The notes under the pieces: generated by a model
Seen by the model: the letters and a program-made list of their open reading frames with translations, nothing else
Database searches by the model: none
Told to the model about the DNA's origin: nothing
Translations under genes and position numbers: made by a program
From: Thermoplasmatota archaeon
Lineage (GTDB): Archaea; Thermoplasmatota; E2; JACPAO01; JAHFTW01
Assembly: GCA_049617695.1 (NCBI GenBank)
Contig: JBMZJT010000004.1
Coordinates: 1 to 57,249, forward strand
Length of the DNA stretch: 57,249 nucleotides
Direction: 5' to 3'
Part shown: positions 8,643 to 16,821 of the stretch, piece by piece
Numbering within the stretch: the first letter of the stretch is position 1
Layout of the letters: every line of letters begins with the position of its first letter

Positions 8643-9560
8643 CTACGGACGGAACCAGCGCAGGGCGCGGTACTGGCCGCCGTCAGCGAGCAGGAACGTC
8701 TTGCGCACGCCGTGGGCCAAGCGGACGGCGCGGCTGATTTCGCTCCAGTGAAGCTCGTCGTTGGCGTCAACACATTGGATGAGCCATTCAGCGTGGCAGG
8801 CATCCGGGTCGCGCGGATAGGCACGCAAGTGGGTGCCGAATCGGAAGCCGCTGCGGGCCACGGCGCCGCGGGCGCGCAGGTCGAGGTACACTGGCAGGGT
8901 CCGCGTGAAGTGCAATTGGCGAGCCGCGGCCGTGGCTTCGAGCGGCTCAATGTCCAAGACGCCTCGTTGCCGCAGCGCTTCGGCTTCGGTGAAGCTGAGA
9001 ACCGTCTGGTCCCCATGGGGCGTCCCGACGAATTCGGCCGCAAACGGTTGCCCCGGAACGACGACACGGTCTGCCAGCACCGTGCCTTGCACTTGGGGCA
9101 AATCGACGGCCATGACCGTGCCTTCGGGACGCACGGTTTCGGTTTCGTAGTGGGTCACGACGCCGTCTTCATCGACGACCCCGATGACACCGTCAATGTC
9201 CGCAAATCGCAGGGGATCGCGTTCACTGCGCGCCTGGAAACGGAACCATGGATCTTGTTTCGGCCCTTCGCCTCGCGGCCATACGTCGAACCCGCCTTCG
9301 GGGTGGTGCCGTACCACGAGGCCTCGGTCGCGCAGATCCGCGTACGCCAGGTAGGCCACCTCGTCGTCGAGCAGCTCGGTCCACGGCACGCCGACATCGA
9401 GGCGGTTTTGGTGCACCAGGTAGGCCGCTTCGGTGCGACTGAGTCGGAGGCTGTTGCCCGATTGCGGATCTCCGAAGGCGCCCTTGCTGTGGATGCGATT
9501 GGCTTGGGCCGGTGCGTCGACGATGACGGCGTCTGCTTCGAGCCGGCCCTGCGCAATCAT
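8643..9560 (-). CDS. endA: tRNA-splicing endonuclease, duplicated-domain form
   Basis: C-terminal catalytic block GFRFGTHLRAYPRDPDACHAEWLIQC...VRKTFLLA (Tyr/His/Lys). The N-terminal half repeats the fold (NSLRLSRTEAAYLV). Confidence 0.8.
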   Translation of the reverse strand: MIAQGRLEADAVIVDAPAQANRIHSKGAFGDPQSGNSLRLSRTEAAYLVHQNRLDVGVPWTELLDDEVAYLAYADLRDRGLVVRHHPEGGFDVWPRGEGPKQDPWFRFQARSERDPLRFADIDGVIGVVDEDGVVTHYETETVRPEGTVMAVDLPQVQGTVLADRVVVPGQPFAAEFVGTPHGDQTVLSFTEAEALRQRGVLDIEPLEATAAARQLHFTRTLPVYLDLRARGAVARSGFRFGTHLRAYPRDPDACHAEWLIQCVDANDELHWSEISRAVRLAHGVRKTFLLADGGQYRALRWFRP

Positions 9561-10585
9561 CGGTTCTCGAGTTCCTCGACGGCAGCCTTCGCGATTTCGG
9601 TGACACGAGGCACGCGCCCACGCAGGAAAATGTAGCTCCAGAAGCCGGCGCCTTTGAGACCGAGTGCGCCGCCGCTGGCGTTGACGTGGCCGCCGCCGTC
9701 GAAGCGCTTCGCGACGAGTTGACAGACGTCGGCGCCCTTGTTGCTTCGGAGGCTCATGAAGCCGTTGGGGCGGACATTGATGGCGACCTGGATGTTGTCT
9801 TGTTGCAGCAATTCATGGAGCCCGACATTGCGCGGCAGCCATCCGTAGACCACGGCGACTTGTTCGCCAGTGCTCGCCGTCCAGGTTCGGGTGTTCTTGA
9901 GGATCTTGGCGCCGGCGGCGTTGACCGTGCGTTGGTGGGCATCGCAGGCGGCCTGGATCACGGGGTCCACAACCTCTTCCTCTTCGGACTTGGGGACTTG
10001 GTGGTCGATGTATTCCTTCCAGCCCATCTCTTGAATTGCAAACTCCAGGATTTCGCCTTCGGGGGTCTCGTTGAGCCACAAGTCACGGTCGCGGTGGACC
10101 GCGGCGAGGCGCTTGGCGAAGTCGTCCTTGGGCAGCAGGGCTTGTTGTTGCATGCTGGCACCCGATTCCGTGTTGGGACTGATTTCCAGGGTGTGCACGG
10201 CGGCCTTGAGGGGCTTCAGGTCGACGCCTTCCCATTGCTTGTGATGATGGTCGCGCCAGTGGATTTCCCAGCCAGCGGAGCGCAGGCGGGCGCAGGCGGC
10301 GACGACGCCGTCGTAGTGATCGGGATTCAACGAGAGGTCGGTGATTTCCATGATGCGGCCGTTGACCGGGTACTTGCCGTAGAATTCCAGCACGCGCTTC
10401 ATGTCGCCGGGTTGGACGCCCACGATGCCGACGCCCTCGCCGTAGTGGCGCACCGTCATGATGGCGGAGCCGGCACCATCCAGGCAGCCGTTGTGCGTGA
10501 TTTGGAGGACCTTGCTGGCCGCTGCTTCGGCGCGTTCGAGTTTGGCTTCGAAGCGCTTCTGCTTGGCCTCCTTGGAGCGGAACAT
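9557..10585 (-). CDS. DHH/DHHA1-family phosphoesterase
   Basis: Motifs THNGCLDGAGSA, WRDHHHK and FDGGGHVNASG. Start ATG 10585; the rest of the 748-aa track ORF is antisense to cysS. ATGA overlap with endA. Confidence 0.8.
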   Translation of the reverse strand: MFRSKEAKQKRFEAKLERAEAAASKVLQITHNGCLDGAGSAIMTVRHYGEGVGIVGVQPGDMKRVLEFYGKYPVNGRIMEITDLSLNPDHYDGVVAACARLRSAGWEIHWRDHHHKQWEGVDLKPLKAAVHTLEISPNTESGASMQQQALLPKDDFAKRLAAVHRDRDLWLNETPEGEILEFAIQEMGWKEYIDHQVPKSEEEEVVDPVIQAACDAHQRTVNAAGAKILKNTRTWTASTGEQVAVVYGWLPRNVGLHELLQQDNIQVAINVRPNGFMSLRSNKGADVCQLVAKRFDGGGHVNASGGALGLKGAGFWSYIFLRGRVPRVTEIAKAAVEELENR

Positions 10586-10687
10586 GGAGCGCTTGGGCCA
10601 GTAGAGGTTCACAAGCGGTGGTGTCCGTCGGTCGATATGGGGGTTGCGGCCCGAACCGTTGAAAGGCTTCGGCCGCGTGGCGTCGCC

Positions 10688-12136
10688 GTGGCCCTGACGC
10701 TTTACAACGTCCGCACCCGCCAGAAGGAACCCTTCACGCCGCGCCAGCCTGGCAAGGTCGGCGTGTACCTGTGCGGCTTGACGGTGTACGATCACATGCA
10801 CATCGGCCACGCGCGCACGGCGGTCAGTTTCGAAGTGGTGCGCCGCTGGCTCGAGCACCACTACGACGAAGTCACCTTCAGTCAGAACGTGACGGACGTG
10901 GATGACAAGATCATTGCCCGGGCCCAGGAACTTGGCGTCAGCCCCTTGGAACACGCAGACACATGGGACAAGGAGTGCCAGAAACAGAGCGCCCGTCTCG
11001 GCGTGCGCGCCCCGGACATCGCGCCCCATGCGACGACCAGCATGGACGGCATCATCGCCTACATCGAAGGCATTCTCGAACGCGGATTCGCCTACGCCAC
11101 GGACGCCGGTAACGTCTACTTCGACGTGCCCAAGTACGACGCCTACGCCCAGGAGCACTTCCCCGAACAAGGCTACGGAAGTCTGAGCAACCGCGACTAC
11201 CGCGAAATGGCTGCAGGCACCCGGAAGGACGTCGAGTCGGACAAGCAACACCCCGCCGATTTCGCGTTGTGGAAAGCGGCAAAGGAGGACGAGCCAGCCG
11301 ACGCCCAATGGGACAGTCCGTGGGGCAAGGGACGCCCTGGTTGGCACATTGAATGCAGCCACATGTCCACGCACACCCTCGGCGCTGAGCAGATCGACAT
11401 CCACGGCGGCGGCCAGGACTTGATCTTCCCACACCACGAAAACGAGATCGCGCAAACGCAGGCCAAGACCGGCAAGGCGCCATTCGTCAATGTCTGGATG
11501 CACAGCGGCTTCCTCAACGTGGAGGGCGTCAAGATGAGCAAGAGCCTGGGCAATTTCATCACCCTCAAGGACGCACTCGACGACTTGGAAGACAAGGAAT
11601 GGGACCCCGAAGTCTTGCGATTCTACTTCGTCCAGACGCACTACCGCTCGAAGATTGACTTTAGCCGCAAAGGCCTGGATGAGGCCGCCACGGCCGTGGA
11701 ACGCCTGCGCAGGACCCGGGTGGCGCTCGCGCGCGCGACGGGCGAACCGAGCAGCGACGCGGGACTTGGCGAAGCGGCCGCGAAACTCATCGCCGATGCC
11801 CACGCGGCCCTAGACGATGACATCCACACGCCTGGCGCGGTTGCCGCGTTGTTCGATTTCACCAAGGCCGCCAACAAGGCGTTGGATGCGGGCGCCGGCG
11901 GCACCGACGCAAGTCAGGCGCTCGCGGCGTTCGAATCGGTTGCACGCCTGCTGACACTGTTCGACGACGTGATTGTCGAGGATGCTTTGCCCGATTTCGA
12001 GGCACTCCTGACCCAGCGTGAAGCAGCCCGCGCAGCCAAAGATTGGGGCACGGCAGATCGCATCCGTGACGAAATCCAAGCCGCAGGCTACCGCATTGAA
12101 GATACGCCCAACGGCGCAAGGGTTGTCAAGAGCTAG
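10688..12136 (+). CDS. cysS: cysteinyl-tRNA synthetase
   Basis: VALTLYNVRTRQKEPF aligns to the canonical CysRS N-terminus. HIGH motif HMHIGH and KMSKS motif present. GTG 10688 is preferred, with TTGAAAGG about 28 nt upstream; an in-frame ATG at 10637 is the alternative. Confidence 0.9.
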   Translation: MALTLYNVRTRQKEPFTPRQPGKVGVYLCGLTVYDHMHIGHARTAVSFEVVRRWLEHHYDEVTFSQNVTDVDDKIIARAQELGVSPLEHADTWDKECQKQSARLGVRAPDIAPHATTSMDGIIAYIEGILERGFAYATDAGNVYFDVPKYDAYAQEHFPEQGYGSLSNRDYREMAAGTRKDVESDKQHPADFALWKAAKEDEPADAQWDSPWGKGRPGWHIECSHMSTHTLGAEQIDIHGGGQDLIFPHHENEIAQTQAKTGKAPFVNVWMHSGFLNVEGVKMSKSLGNFITLKDALDDLEDKEWDPEVLRFYFVQTHYRSKIDFSRKGLDEAATAVERLRRTRVALARATGEPSSDAGLGEAAAKLIADAHAALDDDIHTPGAVAALFDFTKAANKALDAGAGGTDASQALAAFESVARLLTLFDDVIVEDALPDFEALLTQREAARAAKDWGTADRIRDEIQAAGYRIEDTPNGARVVKS

Positions 12137-12231
12137 GCAGCGCGGCTGAGCCAAGCGAACGCGCGCCCGGGTTTTCGAAAGGGGCGGCAGCCCCTTCGGA
12201 AGATACGCCCAACGGCGCGCGAGTTGTCAAG
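12098..12231 (+). repeat. direct repeat: last 33 nt of cysS coding (12098..12130) copied at 12199..12231
   Basis: gaagatacgcccaacggcgcaagggttgtcaag vs gaagatacgcccaacggcgcgcgagttgtcaag (30/33). Both are followed one codon later by a stop (EDTPNGARVVKS-TAG vs EDTPNGARVVKA-TAA). Period 101 nt. Confidence 0.85.
12172..12196 (+). terminator. oligo-T plus hairpin (AAGGGGC-ggca-GCCCCTT)
   Basis: TTTT at 12172..12175 and a 7-bp stem at 12179..12196, between the convergent cysS and helicase genes. Confidence 0.35.
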
Positions 12232-12240
12232 GCCTAACGC

Positions 12241-13512
12241 CTAGTTGCGGCTTTGTTGGCGGCGCGGGCCGCGGCGTTGGCCGTTGCGACCTTTGCCATT
12301 GTTGCCGCCTTGCTGCGCCTTGGGGCGCGGGTTGCTGCCCCGGTTCTGCTGAGGTTGACCTTGGATGCCTGCCGGCTTGTCCGGTCCGCGCTCGGTGCTG
12401 GTGGTCTGCACGGTCGTGGTGGGAACTTGGGTGCCGGCGCGCTTCTGGATGATGCCCCAGTCCTTGGCTTGCGCCTTTTCGACGAAGGTGAAGCTACGGC
12501 CGGTCTGCCCATTGCGGCCGGTGCGGCCAACGCGGTGGACGTATTGTTCCGGTTCGTGGGGGATGTCCACGTTGATGACGTGGCTCACGTCGGGCACGTC
12601 GAGGCCGCGCGCCGCGACGTCCGTGGCCACCAGGATGCGGGCCTTGCCGTCGCGGAAGGCCGCCATGGCTTTCTCGCGTTGGTTCTGGGTCATGTTGCCC
12701 TGCAAGGCGACGGCGGACCAGCCGGTCTTGTCGAGCTTCTGGGCCATGCGCTTGGCTTGGTGTTTCGTGCGCATGAAGACGACCGCCTTCTGAGGTACTT
12801 CTTGGTGCAGGAGGTGCACCAGCGTCTGCGCCTTGTCGTTCTTTTCGACGGCGACGTGGAATTGCTCGGTGAGCTCGATGGTCTCGGTTTCTGCCTCGAC
12901 TTCCACGGTCACGGCGTTGCGCGTGAAATCCTTGGCCAAGTTCTGGACGCGGGCATCGAGGGTCGCACTGAAGAGAGCGTTTTGGCGCTCGGCGGGGATG
13001 AGTTTGAGGATGCGCCGCATGTCATGGATGAAGCCCATGTCGAGCATGCGGTCCGCTTCATCGAGCACGAGGAAACTGACGCTGGACAAGTCGATGTCGC
13101 CGCGTTGGTGCAGATCCAGCAAGCGGCCGGGACAGGCCACAACTACCAGCGGCGCCTTCTGGCGCAAGCCGTCGAGTTGCTTCTGGAAACCGGCGCCGCC
13201 GTAGACCGGGACGACCTTAATCGGGCTGGCGCGGGCAACGTCGGTCATGACTTCGGTCACCTGCAAGGCGAGCTCTCGCGTCGGGCACAGCACAAGCGCT
13301 TGGACGCCATGGCGGGCGCCGGCGAGGTGCTCGATGACGGGGATGCCGAAGGCAGCCGTCTTGCCGGTGCCGGTCTGGGCCTTGCCGATGACATCGGTGC
13401 CTTCGAGCAGGACCGGGATCGTGCGTTCTTGGATGGGCGTCGCGTTTTCGTAGCCCATGGCGGCGACGGCGTCCTTCGTGCCGTCGCTGATGGGGAGGGA
13501 GTTGAATTCCAT
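12241..13512 (-). CDS. DEAD-box ATP-dependent RNA helicase with RG-rich tail
   Basis: Motifs AQTGTGKTAAF, PTRELA, DEAD, SAT and HRVGRTGR. Confidence 0.92.
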   Translation of the reverse strand: MEFNSLPISDGTKDAVAAMGYENATPIQERTIPVLLEGTDVIGKAQTGTGKTAAFGIPVIEHLAGARHGVQALVLCPTRELALQVTEVMTDVARASPIKVVPVYGGAGFQKQLDGLRQKAPLVVVACPGRLLDLHQRGDIDLSSVSFLVLDEADRMLDMGFIHDMRRILKLIPAERQNALFSATLDARVQNLAKDFTRNAVTVEVEAETETIELTEQFHVAVEKNDKAQTLVHLLHQEVPQKAVVFMRTKHQAKRMAQKLDKTGWSAVALQGNMTQNQREKAMAAFRDGKARILVATDVAARGLDVPDVSHVINVDIPHEPEQYVHRVGRTGRNGQTGRSFTFVEKAQAKDWGIIQKRAGTQVPTTTVQTTSTERGPDKPAGIQGQPQQNRGSNPRPKAQQGGNNGKGRNGQRRGPRRQQSRN

Positions 13513-13680
13513 TGGATGTTCCTGGACAGGGTGCCGGCTCCGTCCAGGAAAGGACGTACAAAGCGGGGAATCTCGGCGTGCCCCCGCGAGCAGAACTGCC
13601 TATGGCGCCCGTCGACGGCGGGTGCAATAAGGCTTGGGGTCGGGCCGGGACGTTGAAATCAGGGCCCTCGATGGACATGC

Positions 13681-14229
13681 GTGGCGATGCGTAAGGCAAG
13701 GCAGGGGACCTTTGACGGTCCGTTCATCCGTGTCGCCAAGTGGCTGCTGGAGCGGGGCGTCCACCCCAATCACTTGACCTTCGCGCAGATTCCGGTCTTC
13801 GCCGTGGAAGTGTGGGCAGCGCAGAACGGGCATGCATGGATTTTCATCAGCAGCATCCTGTTGGTGATTGCCCTCGATGGCGGCGACGGCATTCTGGCAC
13901 GCACGGGGAACTTGCAGAGTCGCAAAGGCGCGATTCTGGACAGCACCTTCGACACGGTCGGCATTGCGATCATCATGTGGGGTGCGGCGCAGTTCTTCCC
14001 GGAAGCCGAATCCTGGTTCCTCTGGCTGTTCGTCGGCAACGCCGTCGTCTACCTGCAAAACGCGCTCCTGGATGAGAAAATGGTCACCTACCTGCGCGGC
14101 CCGACACTCATCGCAATTGCGTGGCCCAATTTCCTGCCCGGCGCACTCCTGGCCTCGAGTTTCGTCGTGATTTGGATTTGCGGCATGCGGCTGCCTCGGA
14201 CATTCCGAGCCCTGGGCGAGCTGGATTAG
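13681..14229 (+). CDS. CDP-alcohol phosphatidyltransferase family protein
   Basis: LDGGDGILARTGNLQSRKGAILDSTFDTVG fits D-x2-DG-x2-AR-x8-G-x3-D-x3-D. Multi-TM protein. GTG 13681 or ATG 13687. Confidence 0.75.
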   Translation: MAMRKARQGTFDGPFIRVAKWLLERGVHPNHLTFAQIPVFAVEVWAAQNGHAWIFISSILLVIALDGGDGILARTGNLQSRKGAILDSTFDTVGIAIIMWGAAQFFPEAESWFLWLFVGNAVVYLQNALLDEKMVTYLRGPTLIAIAWPNFLPGALLASSFVVIWICGMRLPRTFRALGELD

Positions 14230-14798
14230 GCCAGTCGCCAGACCATGGCTTGGCGCGCCACATCCATGTCGCTTCGCACGATGCCATCCTTGGACATCTG
14301 GGCGAGGATGCGGGCCGGCGCGTCGGGCCATTCGATGGCTTCTGCTTCGGCCATGGCGACCACTTGCGCCGTGGTCCAACCTTGGCCGTTTCCAAGAATG
14401 CGGCGGACGAAGCTGCGCGCGCCATCCAAGTCAATTCCATCGGGCGCTTGACGCGCAGGTCGAGGGTTGAGGGCAGCAACCATGGCATCGATGGCGAGGC
14501 GAGTCAGGTACCGATGGCGTTGGGGCAGATCGGGCAGGCACTCCATGATGCAGTCCGCGCCGGGCAGGTCATCCGTTCGCCTGCCGACGAGACAATCGCA
14601 GAGGATGTCGGCAACGGCCAACCCGTAGGCGCTGCCCAGGGAATCAAATCCCGCGGCAGTGACCTGGCCGTCTTCGACGCGCAAGTGCAAGCTCAGCACG
14701 TCGCCGCAAGCCGGGTTGCCCACAGATCCTTGGTGAGTCGATCCTGCCGGCGGCCCCAAGTGGAGGGGCTGGCGCATGCGCTCTTGGAGCAGACTCAC
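14226..14798 (-). CDS. IscU/NifU-N-like domain protein with extra C-terminal domain
   Basis: GSVGNPACGDVLSLHLRVEDGQVTAAGFDSLG resembles the IscU/SufU N-terminus, but only the first ligand Cys is present. Alternative ATG at 14777. Confidence 0.6.
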   Translation of the reverse strand: MSLLQERMRQPLHLGPPAGSTHQGSVGNPACGDVLSLHLRVEDGQVTAAGFDSLGSAYGLAVADILCDCLVGRRTDDLPGADCIMECLPDLPQRHRYLTRLAIDAMVAALNPRPARQAPDGIDLDGARSFVRRILGNGQGWTTAQVVAMAEAEAIEWPDAPARILAQMSKDGIVRSDMDVARQAMVWRLA

Positions 14799-14822
14799 GG
14801 GCTGTCAGAATCGCACGGGGAC

Positions 14823-15791
14823 TTAGTTTTCGTCGAGGATGCTGTATCCTTCGGGGGCGGGCTCCACGTAGAATGTCGTGACGTAGAGATCATACGTCAC
14901 GTCGACGCCAACGCCGACGCCGAGGAATCCGACGCCTGCTGGATGGTAGCCGTGGCCGTGGGGGAAGGACTCAATCGTGTACGCCGTGGTGTCAGCCGGA
15001 ATGGGGCCGCTGCCGTCTTCGTATTCGCCACCTGGAGCGATGTGAACCGTGTAGGACTGGCTGCCGTAGAAGCGGCCGTATTGTTCGTAGCTGCCCAAGT
15101 CGTTGCTGTCCCCGCCGCCGCGCAGGGACAAGCGGATGCCGTCGAGTAGGGGTTGATCGGCTTGGTCGAAGACGACATCGATGACCATGGTTTGCCAACC
15201 GATTTCCGTCGTGTAGTCGAACACATTGTCGGCTTGGACGACGCTGGGGCCACCGACGAAGGTGACGGCGGAGTCGCAGCTGGGGCTGATGATGAATGCC
15301 TCCAAGGCACATTCGAGGGTGCCTTCGAATTGGACGACCGTCGTGTATGGCTCTTGGGGTGCGACGAACACGAGCTGCATGCGGAAGCTCTGGGTGGTCG
15401 GACCGAACGTGTCGTTGGCTCCCTGGTAGCCAGCGGCTTCTGCCTGAATCGGGTAGAATCCTTGCGGCACCCAGCCGAAGTCAAAGGAGCCGTCCGCAGC
15501 CGTTTCTTGGACCAAGTCGAGCGTGACGGCACGGACTGTGGCGCCGGAGATGGGCATGCCATCGTCATCTAGGATGACGCCGCGCAGGTGGATTTGATCA
15601 TCACCTGCGGCCGCCGTCGGCGCCGTTGTTGGGCGTGGCGCTTGGCTGGTGTCGGCGCCGGCTCCGGCGACTTCGGGAGTTCCGGGTTCGATCAAGGCCC
15701 GCGGGTCGACACCGTCGTCGGTGCATCCGGCAAACAGGATGGTGACGAGCAACATCGCAAGAACCGGTCCAATGGACTTCCCATTCGGCAT
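14823..15791 (-). CDS. lipoprotein with carboxypeptidase-regulatory-like beta-sandwich domain
   Basis: MPNGKSIGPVLAMLLVTILFAGC lipobox. IHLRGVILDDDGMPISGATVRAV...DGSFDFGWVPQGFYPIQAEAAGY is CarboxypepD_reg-like. Alternative ATG at 15851. Confidence 0.7.
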   Translation of the reverse strand: MPNGKSIGPVLAMLLVTILFAGCTDDGVDPRALIEPGTPEVAGAGADTSQAPRPTTAPTAAAGDDQIHLRGVILDDDGMPISGATVRAVTLDLVQETAADGSFDFGWVPQGFYPIQAEAAGYQGANDTFGPTTQSFRMQLVFVAPQEPYTTVVQFEGTLECALEAFIISPSCDSAVTFVGGPSVVQADNVFDYTTEIGWQTMVIDVVFDQADQPLLDGIRLSLRGGGDSNDLGSYEQYGRFYGSQSYTVHIAPGGEYEDGSGPIPADTTAYTIESFPHGHGYHPAGVGFLGVGVGVDVTYDLYVTTFYVEPAPEGYSILDEN

Positions 15792-15887
15792 GGTTTCAGG
15801 CCGTCGAAAAATGGAGCCTACTTGAGGTTTCGGCGAGGCGAAACTTGACATGTCGCCCGCAAACAGCCAGGGCCGGACATGTCCAAG

Positions 15888-16391
15888 CTACAGGACGGCC
15901 TCAATCTCCATGCGCAGCGTGTCGAAGCCGCTACCACGCAGACCCCGCTCCGCCGACCACGTCGGCTCACCCGAACGGTCAAACAACATGTAGCCCGGCT
16001 GATAGTCGCGCAAACCGAGATCCTCCGGCGCGCTGCGGCTCCAGTAGGCAGGGAAAGCCCAATCCTGGGATTCAGCATAATCCAGGGCCGCGCTGCGACT
16101 CGATTCACGGCTCACCGCCATGATCTCGAAGCCCTGCGGTGCATACTCGGCGTGAATTTCACGCAGCGTCGGCTCATCCGCCTTGCAGACACCGCACCAG
16201 GAGGCCCAAATGAAAACCAACGTCGCGTTGCCTTCCAGCGCGGTCAGATTCTTGCCATGCCCCGTCAAGGGCTCCGGCGCAAACGCGGCATACGCTTCGC
16301 GCTCCGCTTGGGAAATCCCATCCGACAACGGATCCTGAGGCGACGCACAGCCAGCCAAGGTCGCAGCCAACAGCAAAACGACAACGCGCAT
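15888..16391 (-). CDS. TlpA/redoxin-like thiol-disulfide oxidoreductase lipoprotein
   Basis: MRVVVLLLAATLAGC lipobox and a WCGVC active site in FIWASWCGVCKADEP. Confidence 0.8.
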   Translation of the reverse strand: MRVVVLLLAATLAGCASPQDPLSDGISQAEREAYAAFAPEPLTGHGKNLTALEGNATLVFIWASWCGVCKADEPTLREIHAEYAPQGFEIMAVSRESSRSAALDYAESQDWAFPAYWSRSAPEDLGLRDYQPGYMLFDRSGEPTWSAERGLRGSGFDTLRMEIEAVL

Positions 16392-16446
16392 ACCGGGAGG
16401 TCGACGCCCTGCTACATTCATGTTTTCCCGAATGGGCACAAGCGGC

Positions 16447-16562
16447 GCGAGGAGCAGGATCGCTTGCGCTGGCCGAAGGTCAGCGCAAGTGCGGGCGCAA
16501 CGCGCCCGAAGACTGCTCCGCGCACGAGCGAGGCGAAGCCGAGAGAGTGCGAGGAGCAGGAT
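16447..16562 (-). repeat. direct repeat: last 14 nt of tRNA-Leu (16549..16562) copied at 16447..16460
   Basis: gcgaggagcaggat is exact at both sites (tRNA sense ATCCTGCTCCTCGC). Period 102 nt. The spacer holds a 9-bp hairpin CTTGCGCTG-n9-CAGCGCAAG (16463..16489) and GGGCGC-aac-GCGCCC. Confidence 0.7.
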
Positions 16563-16629
16563 TTGAACCTGCGAACCACTAAGGACCAGCCCCTCAAGCT
16601 GGCGTCGTTGGCCGCTTGACTATCCTCGC
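16548..16629 (-). tRNA. tRNA-Leu (anticodon GAG), class II long variable arm, CCA not encoded
   Basis: Hand fold: acceptor GCGAGGA/TCCTCGC, anticodon stem CCAGC/GCTGG with loop TTGAGGG, variable arm TCCTTAGTGGTTC, T-arm GCAGG-TTCAAAT-CCTGC, discriminator A. Confidence 0.9.
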
Positions 16630-16665
16630 ATGCGTTTGAGAAGAAGGCCCCAACAGGAAACGTAG

Positions 16666-16749
16666 CGCGACGAGGGCGATTTGAACGCCCGTGGGAAGAA
16701 TCCCAGAGGCTTAGCAGGCCCCCGCAATACCGAGCTATGCGATCGTCGC
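16666..16749 (-). tRNA. tRNA-Ser (anticodon GCT), class II, CCA not encoded
   Basis: Hand fold: acceptor GCGACGA/TCGTCGC, anticodon stem GGGGC/GCCTC with loop CTGCTAA, long variable arm, T-arm GGGCG-TTCAAAT-CGCCC, discriminator G. Confidence 0.88.
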
Positions 16750-16805
16750 GTATGGGTGCGAACACCCGACGTCCCCTGTTGGGGAGGCGGCCGACATGGG
16801 TCGCC

Positions 16806-16813
16806 GATATAAC
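16806..16813 (-). promoter_or_regulatory. TATA-like box (GGTTATATCGG on minus strand) upstream of the tRNA-Ser/tRNA-Leu pair
   Basis: The only AT-rich element upstream of the tRNA pair, about 60 nt from the tRNA-Ser 5' end. Confidence 0.3.
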
Positions 16814-16821
16814 CGTGACGT

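Noticed and set aside
9686-10636. N-terminal 317+ codons of the 816-aa plus ORF 9686..12136
   Set aside because: Antisense to the DHH gene. CysRS homology begins at VALTLYNVRTRQKEPF.
10586-11803. Upstream two-thirds of the 748-aa minus ORF 9557..11803
   Set aside because: Antisense to cysS. Only the part from ATG 10585 downward carries DHH motifs.
12098-12231. Diversity-generating retroelement (VR/TR) explanation for the gene-end duplications
   Set aside because: No reverse transcriptase is in the window. The targets are housekeeping genes and tRNAs. The mismatches are not adenine-specific: the cysS pair differs a/g, a/c and g/a.
16519-16536. Possible degenerate copy of the tRNA-Ser 3' end just downstream of tRNA-Leu (GCGCACGAGCGAGGCGAA vs GCGCGACGAGGGCGAT)
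   Set aside because: Requires indels in low-complexity GCGA-rich sequence, and is not convincing by eye.
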